Shown here piece by piece: positions 8,671 to 18,740 of a stretch of DNA of 32,000 nt. The stretch comes from Xanthomonas campestris pv. campestris str. ATCC 33913. Lineage in GTDB: Bacteria; Pseudomonadota; Gammaproteobacteria; Xanthomonadales; Xanthomonadaceae. Where the stretch lies: the NCBI RefSeq assembly GCF_000007145.1, contig NC_003902.1:3866497-3898496 (forward strand), read 5' to 3'. The notes under the pieces were generated by a model that saw only the letters and a list, made by a program, of their open reading frames with translations, ran no database searches and was not told the DNA's origin. Numbering within the stretch: the stretch's first letter is position 1; each line of letters starts with the position of its first letter. Both the position numbers and the translations under genes were made by a program.

Positions 8671-9257
8671 ATGTCCGACGACCGAGATGCGCTGCGTCAG
8701 CAATTACGTGCCGCGCGGCGCAGCCTGCCCGCTGCGCAACGCCTCGCCGCCGCCGACGCGCTGGCCGAGCGTCTGCTGGCGCTGCCGTTTGCACCGCAGC
8801 AGGGCGCGGTGGCCGGCTACTGGGCGATGGATGGTGAGATCGCGCTGCACCGCTGGCAACTGAGCCTGCCGCAGGGCGTGCGCTATTGCCTGCCGGTGCT
8901 GGACGGGCGCGTGCTGCGCTTTGCACCGTGGAAGCCGGGCCAGGGCCTGGTCAGCAATCGCTATGGCATCCCCGAGCCAGACGTGGACCGCGCCGACACG
9001 CTGGGCCCGGAAGACATGGACCTGGTGGTGACGCCGTTGACCGGCTTCGACGCCGCCTGCGGGCGCTTGGGCATGGGAGGCGGCTGGTATGATCGCAGCT
9101 TCGCGTTCCGGCATCGCCAGGCGCCGCCGCCCTGGCTGGTCGGCGTGGGCTTTGCCGCGCAGCAGGTTCCCGCCTTGCCCGTCGCCGCCTGGGACGTGCC
9201 GGTGGATGCCATCTGCACCGAACACGCCACCTTCCTGAAAGACGACACCGCTCCCGC

Positions 9258-9261
<4 letters not shown>
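8671..9261 (+). CDS. ygfA: 5-formyltetrahydrofolate cyclo-ligase
   Basis: 196 aa from ATG 8671 (MSDDRDALRQQLRAARRSLPAAQR...GMGGGWYDR...). It has the family-typical G(M/K)GGG(Y/W)YDR motif and lies downstream of ssrS. Confidence 0.85.
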
Positions 9262-9728
<467 letters not shown>

Positions 9729-9740
9729 CCGGGAGTAGAG

Positions 9741-9820
9741 ATTCGGGATTTGAGATTTGCAAATCCCGGCTCAGCCCAGCCGCTCTTGCGATTCCCCAAT
9801 CCCGATTCCCTAATCCCGAG
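9741..9820. repeat. GGGATT/AATCCC-type intergenic repeat element with hairpin
   Basis: attcgggatt...cgggatttg(agatttg)caaatcccg is a 9-bp perfect hairpin at 9744-9768. It is followed by gattccccaatcccgattccctaatcccgag, which contains iterated AATCCC/GATTCC units complementary to the 5' GGGATT. It resembles the G3ATT-type intergenic repeats I associate with Xanthomonas genomes. Confidence 0.4.
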
Positions 9821-9829
9821 CTCTTACCC

Positions 9830-10477
9830 ATGTCCGAAGCAAAACGCCTGGCCGCCGAGAAGGCGATCGATTACGTGGAAGACGGCATGATCGTCGGGGT
9901 CGGCACCGGCTCGACGGTGGCGTATTTCATCGACGCACTCGGCCGCATCGGCCATCGCATCAAGGGTGCGGTGTCCAGCTCGGAACAGAGCACCGCGCGG
10001 CTGCGCCAGCACGGCATCGAGGTGCTGGACCTCAACCACACCGGCACGCTGTCGCTGTATGTGGATGGCGCCGACGAGTGCGACCCGAACCGCTGCCTGA
10101 TCAAGGGCGGCGGCGCGGCGCTCACGCGCGAGAAGATCATTGCCGAAGCGAGCGAGCGCTTCATCTGCATCGTCGACCCGAGCAAGCAGGTGCCGGTGCT
10201 GGGCAACTTCCCGCTGCCGGTGGAGGTGATCCCGATGGCGCGCAGCCTGGTGGCCCGGCAGATCCTGGCGCTCACGGGCGGGCAGCCGGTCTGGCGTGAC
10301 GGCGTGGTCACCGACAACGGCAACGTGGTGCTGGATGTGCACAACCTGCACATCACCGACCCGGTGGCGCTGGAGCGTAACTTGAATCAGATTCCCGGCG
10401 TGGTCTGCGTGGGTCTGTTCGCGCGCCGCCCGGCCGACGTGGTGATCGTCGGCGGCGAGACACCGCGCGTGCTGTAA
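9830..10477 (+). CDS. rpiA: Ribose-5-phosphate isomerase A
   Basis: 215 aa from ATG 9830 ([30 protein letters not shown]...DGADE...[12 protein letters not shown]...), with canonical RpiA motifs. Confidence 0.93.
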
Positions 10478-10491
10478 GCACGCCCGCATGC

Positions 10492-10524
10492 GGCCGCAGC
10501 CTGGGCACACCACAGGCTGCGGCC
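10492..10524 (+). terminator. Hairpin downstream of rpiA (terminator-like, no U-tract)
   Basis: ggccgcagcctg / 9-nt loop / caggctgcggcc, a 12-bp perfect stem that starts 15 nt after the rpiA stop. Confidence 0.4.
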
Positions 10525-10609
10525 ACAGCCGTGCGATGGCCGAACCGGCTTGACGCACGCTGGCGCTTGGCAGAAGGTGCGCGCTCCCCCCTCCAGCGGT
10601 GCATCGCCC

Positions 10610-11059
10610 ATGCGTGTTTTCCATCTGTTTGGCCTGGCCCTGTTGTTGGCGCTCAGCGGTTGCGCCAGTGCCGGCAGTTCCTGGGTGGAGCTGGCCGGCA
10701 CCCGCTACAGCGTGGAGCTGGCGCAAAACGATGCCGACCGGGCGCAGGGGCTGATGTTTCGCGATGCCATGCCGGAAGACCACGGCATGCTGTTCATCCA
10801 CGACAGCCAGACGCCGCAGGCGTACTGGATGAAGAACACCAAGATCGCGCTGGACATCCTGTATTTCGACAACCAGCGCCGGCTGGTGTCGCAACAGCGC
10901 GACGTGCCGCCGTGCTCGGCCGGCGATGCCTGCCCGCCCTACCCCAGCAAGCAACCGGCGCGCTACGTGCTCGAGCTCAACGCCGGCCAGGCCGCCAAGC
11001 TCGACCTGCGTGACGGGGCCGAGCTTACTTTCAGCCCGGATATTCCCAAGCTGAAGTGA
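10610..11059 (+). CDS. DUF192 domain lipoprotein
   Basis: 149 aa from ATG 10610. It has a lipobox signal (MRVFHLFGLALLLALSGC) and DUF192-like motifs (GLMFR, HGMLFI, YWMKNT, ALDILY). Confidence 0.8.
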   Translation: MRVFHLFGLALLLALSGCASAGSSWVELAGTRYSVELAQNDADRAQGLMFRDAMPEDHGMLFIHDSQTPQAYWMKNTKIALDILYFDNQRRLVSQQRDVPPCSAGDACPPYPSKQPARYVLELNAGQAAKLDLRDGAELTFSPDIPKLK

Positions 11060-11090
11060 TTCACAGCGATGCGGTGTCTCCTGTCAGGAA

Positions 11091-11981
11091 GTGCCGGACT
11101 TGAACCCCGCGCCGCTTGCCGACACTCTTGTCGTCATGGTCGACATGCTCCCACTTCCCCATTGGACCGCGCTCGCCAGCCTGGACGACGACGCGGTGCC
11201 GCTGATGTCCACCGCGCTACTGATCGCGCGCGACGAGTATCCGCAGCTGGACGCCGAGCTGTATGACACGCTCGTGCAAAGCCATGTGGAGCACTTGCGA
11301 CGCGAGGTCGACGCAATCGATCTGTGGCCGCTGAAGATGGCCGCGGTGAACCGCTACCTGTTCGACGAGCTGGGCTACTCGGGTAACCACGACGAGTACT
11401 ACGACCCGCGCAACAGCTACCTCAACGAAGTGTTCGAGCGCCGGCTGGGCAACCCGATTTCGCTGGCGATGGTGCAGATCGAAGTCGCGCGCCGGCTGGG
11501 CATTCCGTTGGCCGGGGTGTCGTTCCCAGGGCACTTCCTGGTACGCCTGCCGGTAGACGACGGGGTGCTGGTGATGGATCCGTTCAACGGCGGCCGCCCG
11601 CTGGGCGTGGACGAGCTGCGTGAACGCGCGCGCCCGCATCTGGGCGGGGAAATCCCCGACGACCGCGCATTGGCGCAGATCCTGGACCCGGCGCCGCACC
11701 GGGCGATCCTGATCCGCATCCTGCGCAACCTGTATGGCGTCTACGCCGATGCCGAGCATTGGGACCGCGCCGCCCGCAGCGCCGACCGCATTCTCAAGCT
11801 GGTGCCGGACCAGCCCGAAGCGCTGCGCGATCGCGGCATGGCGTATCTGCACCTCGGGCACCGCAGCGGCGCCCGCCACGACCTGGCGCGTTACCTGCAG
11901 CTGCACCCCAGCGCGCAGGACGCCGCAAGCCTGCATGAGCACCTGGTTGAATTGAACAGCCAGCGCTCACGCGCGCACTAG
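11091..11981 (+). CDS. SirB1/YchA-like transglutaminase-fold + TPR protein
   Basis: The 296-aa ORF contains the central LGNPISLAMVQIEVARRLGIPLAGVSFPGHFLVRL, typical of the SirB1 N-terminal domain, and a C-terminal TPR-like region. The start is uncertain: GTG 11091 has its SD too close, and ATG 11136 and 11145 are alternatives. Confidence 0.7.
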   Translation: MPDLNPAPLADTLVVMVDMLPLPHWTALASLDDDAVPLMSTALLIARDEYPQLDAELYDTLVQSHVEHLRREVDAIDLWPLKMAAVNRYLFDELGYSGNHDEYYDPRNSYLNEVFERRLGNPISLAMVQIEVARRLGIPLAGVSFPGHFLVRLPVDDGVLVMDPFNGGRPLGVDELRERARPHLGGEIPDDRALAQILDPAPHRAILIRILRNLYGVYADAEHWDRAARSADRILKLVPDQPEALRDRGMAYLHLGHRSGARHDLARYLQLHPSAQDAASLHEHLVELNSQRSRAH

Positions 11982-12078
11982 GTACTCACTGCGCACTACG
12001 CACTGCTCAGCGCTGCAGGGCACCGCAGGCAGCATCAGGCCGGTTGCGCAGACGCCTTGCGGCGCTGCGCATGCAGGC

Positions 12079-12270
12079 TCAGTCGATCTCCACCATTTCG
12101 AAATCGTCCTTGGTCACGCCGCAGTCCGGGCAGGTCCAGCTGTCGGGCACGTCTTCCCAGCGGGTGCCCGGTGCGATGCCTTCTTCGGGAATGCCGTCGG
12201 CCTCGTGGTAGAGAAACCCGCAGACGACGCACATCCAGGTGCGGTAGGTGGTCGTGGATGTCTCGCTCAT
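12079..12270 (-). CDS. Rubredoxin
   Basis: 63 aa from ATG 12270. It has two CxxC pairs (CVVCG...CPDCG) and a rubredoxin core ([31 protein letters not shown]). Confidence 0.9.
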   Translation of the reverse strand: MSETSTTTYRTWMCVVCGFLYHEADGIPEEGIAPGTRWEDVPDSWTCPDCGVTKDDFEMVEID

Positions 12271-12341
12271 CGGATAATCGCGGTCACGCAACGGTGGGGC
12301 TGCATTGTCCCATCCCACCCACCGCTTTCGGAAGCGCTGCC

Positions 12342-12965
12342 ATGCCGACCCTCCAAAACGCCCGCGGCGTCTACCTGATTACCCCCGACACCCGCGACAC
12401 CGCGCAGTTGCTTGCGTGCACGTTGCCGCTGCTGCCGCACATCACCTGGTTGCAATACCGCAACAAGCAGGCCGATGCAGCACTGCGCCTGGCCCAGGCC
12501 ACCGCACTGCGCGCGGCATGCACCGCGCATGGCGTGCCATTGATCATCAACGACGACGCGGCGCTTGCGCAGCAGGTGGGCGCGGACGGTGTGCACCTGG
12601 GTGAAGACGATGGCGAGGTGGCGGCAGCGCGCGCGTTGCTGGGTGCCTCGGCCATCATTGGGGTGTCGTGCTACGACGAGATCGAACGCGCGCGCGCAGC
12701 GGCGGCGGCCGGTGCGAACTATGTGGCCTTTGGGGCGTTCTTCCCCACCGCCACCAAGGTGACCACGCGCCGTGCCACGCCTGCATTGCTGCACGAGGCC
12801 GCTGCGTTGGGACTGCCACGTGTGGCGATCGGCGGCATCACGCCTTCGCAGGTGCCCGAGCTGGTGACCGCGGGCGCCGACTTGATTGCGGTGGTCAGCG
12901 GCGTGTATGCGGCGGCGGACCCGGTCGCCGCAGTGCAGGCGTATCGCGCAGGATTTACGCAGTAG
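12342..12965 (+). CDS. thiE: Thiamine-phosphate synthase
   Basis: 207 aa from ATG 12342 ([16 protein letters not shown]...LQYRNK...INDD...GVHLGEDD...IGVSCY...[10 protein letters not shown]...VAIGGI), colinear with ThiE. Confidence 0.9.
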   Translation: MPTLQNARGVYLITPDTRDTAQLLACTLPLLPHITWLQYRNKQADAALRLAQATALRAACTAHGVPLIINDDAALAQQVGADGVHLGEDDGEVAAARALLGASAIIGVSCYDEIERARAAAAAGANYVAFGAFFPTATKVTTRRATPALLHEAAALGLPRVAIGGITPSQVPELVTAGADLIAVVSGVYAAADPVAAVQAYRAGFTQ

Positions 12966-13079
12966 CGCAACGAGTGTGAAGCGCTGAGATTTTTATCTCA
13001 GCGGTGTCATCTGTTTCAAGACAGCAAGATCTCTTTCGCCGCAGTGCTTGGCTTGAAACGCCAGATGCGTCGCGTGCGC

Positions 13080-13178
13080 GGTGCCCTCGCCGCTGGCGGG
13101 ACACGCCGTAAATCCGTCCATGGAGGCTACGTAGCGGCATCCATGCCGCCACACAGTCCCGCAATCGGCAAGGACACC
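13080..13178. repeat. ~100-bp palindromic (MITE/REP-like) element, copy 1
   Basis: Terminal inverted arms ggtgccctcgccgctggcgggac and gtcccgcaatcggcaaggacacc flank a core acgccgtaaatccgtccatggaggctacgtagcggcatccatgccgcc. The core is homologous to the reverse complement of copy 2. Confidence 0.6.
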
Positions 13179-13336
13179 GCACCAGGACGTTGGTCGGTAG
13201 CCGGATCAAAAGCTGGCTGCCTCGCAAGTTGCGTAAGTTGCGCAGGCTTGCTGGCATGGTTCGCAGCACACGCTAGCTAACGAATTAAAAGCGCGTCATG
13301 CCCTGCTTGCAACCATGCATACCGTCCATCTCGACT

Positions 13337-13445
13337 GGTCCTTGCCCCGCCTACCGTCGCGGGACCTTACGCGGCATGGATGCCGCGTAAGAGGCTACAT
13401 GGACGTACTTGCGCCGTGTCCCGCGATGGTAGGCGGGCAAGGGCC
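13337..13445. repeat. ~100-bp palindromic (MITE/REP-like) element, copy 2 (inverted relative to copy 1)
   Basis: Arms ggtccttgccccgcctaccgtcgcgggac and gtcccgcgatggtaggcgggcaagggcc flank a core that contains the perfect nested palindrome cttacgcggcat-gg-atgccgcgtaag. Confidence 0.6.
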
Positions 13446-13676
13446 CTGCAGCCAAACCGCAGATCAACCGCTCTGCAAGTGATCTATCCGCATCATCCAC
13501 CCCACTCGAGACAACCGAATGATCGAGTCGTCGCGTCGGATAGATGCAGGCAATAGCGCAGTGGGCCGAGGACGCGCTGCCTCGCCGACCCAGAACTTTG
13601 GTCATGACCCGGTAAAAAATTCACGCGCGTCGCGTGTCTTATTCAGACGATTGACGCTGGTCAGAGCCCATACCGC

Positions 13677-13721
13677 AAAAAAAAGCAGCGACGCGTGCCA
13701 TTACGCGTCGCTGCTGGTTTT
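13677..13721 (-). terminator. Rho-independent terminator of the Oar-like receptor gene (bidirectional shape)
   Basis: A8 (13677-13684), then stem agcagcgacgcgt / loop gccatt / acgcgtcgctgct, then GGTTTT. On the minus strand the hairpin is followed by U8, about 20 nt after the TAA at 13744-13742. Confidence 0.8.
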
Positions 13722-13741
13722 GCCTCCGTCGCCTAACGCAA

Positions 13742-16700
13742 TTAGAAGTCGTAGCTCAGCGTCACCCGGCCCGAGCGCGGCGCCTGGTAGGCGACGACCT
13801 GGTCCCACAGGGGATTGGTGGTGTTGTCGGGCAACTGCGAGAACGGGTAGATGTTGGTCGCGGTCTGCTCGTTGGTGATGTTGAACACATCGAAGCGCAG
13901 CGCCAGCTTGCCGTCGGCGAAGGCCGGCTTGTAAGTCACGCCCATGTCGAGCTGGGCGATCCAGCCCAGGCGGCCCTGCGAGCCCGGCGGCGATGCACTG
14001 CCGGTGCCTGTTTCCGGGTTGTAGCAGTAGTGGTACGGCCCACCGGTGATCGCGCTGCCGCCGTAACCGGCCGGATCGCGACCGCTGTATTCGGTGCCGT
14101 AGTAATTGCCCAGGCAGTTGTGCGGTGCGCCCGAGATCAGGCTGAAGTTAGCCGACGCGCCCCATTGCGGAGTGAACTGATAGAAGCCGAACAGCTTCAA
14201 CTGGTGGCGGTGATCGTTGGATTGATCGCCATTGAAGTGCTCCATCAGCGCTGCGTGGTCCCAGCTCTGCGTGGTCGAGACCGAGGCCTGGCCCTGGTAG
14301 CTGCCCAACGCGCCGCCGGTGCGCCACAGGTCCGAACGCACCTGGCCTTCGGTGGTGCCGTAGCTATGCGACCACACGTAGTTGACCTTGGCGTACCACT
14401 TGCCGTCGAACGGGCGCTCCAGGTTGAACTCCACGGCCGAATAGTTGCGCTTGAACTTCGGGAACCCGGCTGCTTCGCGGCTGACCGAGATTTCATGGAA
14501 CTGGCCATCGGTGCCGATCACGCCCCACTTGTTGGTCTGGCCCGGGTTGATCAGCGAGGCGCCGGCCACCTGCGAGAAATCGATGGTCACGCCCTGTGCG
14601 GCGGCGGCGTCGATCAGCGCGGTGTTGGAGACGTCGTAGTTCTGGTCGTCGATGCCGGCATTGAGGTGGCGGTGCGTGCCGCGCACGCCGAACACCCAAC
14701 CACTGTCCAGCTGCTTGGTCAGGCCCAGGATGATTTCGTCCTGGTTTTCGCCCTCGATGTCCTTGACCACGGCGGTGCGCACATCGGCGATGCGGCCGAA
14801 ACGCGAATTGGCCGAGACCGCCGACCCCAGTTGCTGCGCCAGCACCGGCGTGCCATCGGCGTTGATGCCGCTGTAGGTGTAGTAGGTGTCGGTGGTGGTG
14901 GCCGGCGTGAACAGGCTCACCGCCGACAACGGCAGACCCAGGTAGTAACGGCCGATGTTGCCGAACACCTTCAGGCTGGAATCGCCGTTGACGTCCCAGC
15001 TGAAACCCAGCCGCGGCGCCCAGGCGTTGTCGACTTCGATATAGGGGTCGCCGAACGGGGTGTAGTTGGTGAACTCGTCCTTGCGCAGGCCCAGGCTCAG
15101 CAACAGGTTGTCGGTGACCTGCCACTTGTCTTCGATGTAGTAGGCGCGCTGCTTGGCCTCGTACGAATACAGGCTGGTGTTGATGTTGCGTACCACGTAA
15201 TAGCCACTGGAACCGTTGACCGGATCCACCAGGCCGGGGCTGGGCGCGCCGATGCCGCCGGCTTCGTTGCCGATTGGCTGACCAGGCCGCCAGTCGCCAG
15301 GCCGTTCGGATCGTTGGTCTGCCCATAAGTCCACGCGTAGCCGGGGCCGGACAGTACCGAGCCGACGTCGATGCCTTCGGATTTTTGGTTGTCGATACCG
15401 AAGTTGAGCGTGTGGTGGCCCACGCGCCATTCCAGATTCAGGCGTTGGTTGTCTTTTTTGTCCTCGCGGTCGGGCGAGCTGACCGAGGTCACCAGCTGGT
15501 TGCCGATGCGCGGCGTGCCACCGGTGTAGGCCGGATTCTGCAGCGCGGCGCTATTGATCACCGGGCCGCCGGCCGGGTCGTAGTTGAAAGCGGTCAGCTC
15601 ATCGGGCGTGCGCATCTTGCCGTACAGCGCGGTCACGGTGAGGTTGTCGCCGATATAGCCGGTGTACTTGCCGGTGAACAGCGTCGGACCGGTCTTCCAG
15701 GTGGATTCGTTGGTGAAGTAGCTGCCGCGTTCGCGCGCCAGATAGTCGTACCGATAGATGGCGCCGTTGGTTTCGGCTTCGTCGCTGGCACCGGTCACCT
15801 CGATCAGGTGGTTGTCGGTGATGTTCCAGTCCACCTTGGCGTACCAGCGCTTCTGCTTGTAGTCGTAGTCGGTCAGGCCGCCGGTGCGGCCGTTGTCCGA
15901 GTCGCGGTTGGTCGCGGTGCGGGTGCCGTCGGAATCCACCTGCTCGGCGGCCAGGAAGAAGAACAGCTTGTCCTGGATGATCGGGCCACCGACATAGGCG
16001 CTGTAGGTGGTCTGGTTGGCTTCGGCTTCGCTGGAGGGCTGGTACAGGCCGTTGGCTGCACGCGCATAACGGTATGCGGCATTGTTGACGGTGCCGGCCT
16101 GTGCATCCGGGCGCCAATAGATGTCGCGCTGGTTGGTGCGCAGGCCGTTGGGTTCCCAGATCACCGCGGCGCCGAACTTCCACTCGTTGGTGCCGCGCTT
16201 GCCGATCTGGTTGATCACGCCGCCGTTGGAGCGGCCGAACTGCGCGCCGTAGCCGCCGGTGAAGATTTCCTGCTGGTCGATGGCGCCGTAAGGCAGGGTC
16301 AGGCCGCCCAGGTTGTTGCTGATGGCGGTGGTGTTGAAGCCGTTGAGGTAATAGGCGTTCTCGCTGGCGGCCGAGCCACCGAAGCTGGGCAGCGAGCCGC
16401 CGAGCGGGCCGTTGTCGAAGCCGCCGCTGTTGACCACCACACCCGGCGCCAGCAGCGCGATCGCTTCGGCGGTGCGCCCCAGCGGCAGCTGCGCCAGCTG
16501 TTCGGAAGTGACCACGGTGCGGGTGTCCACGCTGCTGACGTCGATGGTGGCCAGGCTGGCGGCGTTGACGGTGACGCTATCCAGCGTCTGCACGCCGCTC
16601 CCCGCGGCAGCAAACGACACATCGGTATTGGCGCCCACCGTGATGCCCACGTTCTCGCGCGTTTCCACCACCGCGCCATCGCGCTTGACGGTGACCTTGT

Positions 16701-16914
16701 AGGTGCCCAGCGGCAGGTTGCCGGCGGCGTAGCGGCCGCGCGCGTCTACCGGCACTTCGCGGCTGAAGCCGCTGTTGTTTTCGACCAGTACGGTGGTGCC
16801 GACACCTTCGCCGACACTGCCGACGATGCTGCCGGTGGTGGACTGCGCTTGCGCGGCGCCCAGTGCAACGAGCAGTGCCACTGCCAAGGCACGTCTCTGG
16901 ATACTACGGTTCAT
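13742..16914 (-). pseudogene. Oar-like TonB-dependent outer-membrane receptor, interrupted by a frameshift near 15270-15300
   Basis: Two overlapping ORFs in different frames (15097-16914 and 13742-15430) together encode ~1057 codons. Order of parts: signal peptide (MNRSIQRRALAVALLVALGAAQA), a carboxypeptidase-regulatory-like domain (GSIVGSV...YKVTVKRDG), a plug, a long beta-barrel and a terminal ...LSYDF. Sense switches from ...NDPNGLATGGLV (frame A) to GQPIGNEAGGIGAPSPGLVDP (frame B), which needs a 1-nt loss or 2-nt gain. A sequencing error cannot be excluded. Confidence 0.8.
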
Positions 16915-17222
16915 GCTCTCTCCCCGGGGTCTGAAACGGTCGCAAGGCGACCACGTGGCAACGCCGGACGCGGCGTTGCCAGAAACACTGTGTGAAGACG
17001 TGGACCGCTCGCCAATGACCTGCCGCCATCAGCTCATGCCCAAACGTCGCGGCCGCTGTCGCATTCGATAATAGGCAGCGCACCTGCCCGGAAATTTGGC
17101 CGCAACGGGTAGGGATGGCCTTGGTGGGTAGGCGGCGGGCGGCCGAAGCCTGACAATGGCCGGCGCGTCGCCCCGCTCCGGGTGCCGACGCCCCCACCGG
17201 CACCACTCAAGGATCTGCGCTC

Positions 17223-18512
17223 ATGAACCACTCCCGCTCCCACGCCCTGTTTTCCCAGGCGCAGAACCTGATGCCCGGCGGCGTCAACTCGCCGGTGCGT
17301 GCGTTCAAGTCGGTGGGCGGCGAGCCGTTCTTCGTCGCGCGTGCCGACGGCGCGTACCTGTTCGACGTGGATGGCAACCGCTATATCGACTACGTGGGTT
17401 CGTGGGGGCCGATGATTGCCGGCCACAACCACCCGGCCGTGCGCGAAGCGGTGGAACGCGCCATCCGCGATGGCCTGTCGTTCGGCGCGCCCTGCGAGGC
17501 CGAGGTGACCATGGCCGAAACCATCACCCGGCTGGTGCCATCCTGCGAAATGGTGCGGATGGTCAATTCCGGCACCGAAGCCACGCTGTCGGCGATCCGC
17601 CTGGCACGCGGCGCCACCGGGCGCAACCGCATCGTCAAGTTCGAGGGCTGCTACCACGGCCACGGCGACTCGTTCCTGGTCAAGGCCGGCAGCGGCATGC
17701 TGACCCTGGGTGTGCCCACCTCGCCAGGCGTGCCGGCAGGCCTGAGCGAGCTCACCGCCACGCTCAGCTTCAATGATTTCGAAGGCGCCACCGCGTTGTT
17801 CGACGAGATCGGCGCCGAAGTGGCGGCGGTGATCATCGAGCCGGTGGTCGGCAATGCCAACTGCATTCCGCCGCAGGCCGGCTATCTGCAGCACCTGCGC
17901 ACGCTGTGCACCCGCCACGGCGCGCTGCTGATCTTCGACGAAGTGATGACCGGCTTCCGCGTGGCGCTGGGCGGCGCGCAGGCGCACTACGGCGTGACCC
18001 CGGACCTGACCACCTTCGGCAAGATCATCGGCGGCGGCATGCCGGTGGGCGCCTACGGCGGCGGCCGCGACCTGATGGAACAGATCTCCCCGGCCGGCCC
18101 GATCTACCAGGCCGGCACTTTGTCTGGCAACCCGGTGGCAATGGCCGCGGGCCTGGCGATGCTGCAACTGGTGCAGGAACCGGGCTTCCACGCCCGCCTC
18201 AGCGAGACCACCAGCCTGCTGTGCGAAGGCCTGGAAGACGCCGCCCGCGCCGCCGGGGTAGCGGTGACCACCAACCAGGTGGGCGGCATGTTCGGGCTGT
18301 TCTTCACCGACCAGATCGTGGAGAACTACGCCCAGGCCACCGCCTGCGACGTAACCACCTTCAACCGCTTCTTCCACGCGATGCTGCAGCAGGGCGTGTA
18401 CCTGGCGCCATCGGCCTACGAGGCGGGCTTCGTATCCAGCGCCCACGACGAGGCCGTCATCGAGGCCACCCTGGCCGCCGCACGCGAAGCCTTTGCCGAC
18501 GTCATGCGCTGA
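17223..18512 (+). CDS. hemL: Glutamate-1-semialdehyde 2,1-aminomutase
   Basis: The 429-aa ORF is colinear with HemL ([13 protein letters not shown]...[10 protein letters not shown]...FDEVMTGFR...[11 protein letters not shown]). Confidence 0.95.
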
Positions 18513-18545
18513 GCTCATGCGCGCGGCTGTGACCTGGTCCCACCT

Positions 18546-18574
18546 TTGCTTTTGTCTTGTGGCTGTCATACCTT
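18546..18574 (+). promoter_or_regulatory. Candidate sigma70 promoter for the LuxR/MalT-type regulator
   Basis: TTGCTT (18546-18551), a 17-nt spacer, then TACCTT (18569-18574), in a locally AT-richer stretch after hemL. Pattern match only. Confidence 0.25.
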
Positions 18575-18740
18575 GCTGACAGGTGCCAAGGGATGGGCAT
18601 GGGTGGGGACCCACGAAGCAGCGCAGTGCAGCCGATCTCACCGTTCGCGGTGATTCCGGCGCCGTCGCCGCTGCTTCATCGTGTTGCGCGGCGTGTCGGT
18701 TGGCACGCGGCCAACGCTTTGCCACGGCCGCCCTCGCCTC

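Noticed and set aside
12271-12341. Possible TPP (THI-box) riboswitch upstream of thiE
   Set aside because: The spacer is only 71 nt, is shared with the divergent rubredoxin gene, and lacks the conserved CUGAGA / ACCUGA THI-box elements.
12955-13878. Small ORFs (78-119 aa) in the thiE-to-receptor spacer
   Set aside because: They overlap the palindromic repeat elements and the terminator, have no SD or family resemblance, and have atypical composition.
15270-15300. Programmed ribosomal frameshift in the Oar-like receptor
   Set aside because: There is no slippery heptamer, no homopolymer and no obvious downstream stimulatory structure. No precedent for recoding in this family is known to me.
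14030-16995. 432-aa and 573-aa plus-strand ORFs
   Set aside because: Both are antisense to the Oar-like receptor, low in complexity (runs of V/A/G/R/D) and have no recognisable motifs.
17034-18725. 563-aa minus-strand ORF
   Set aside because: It is antisense to hemL, which is unambiguous.
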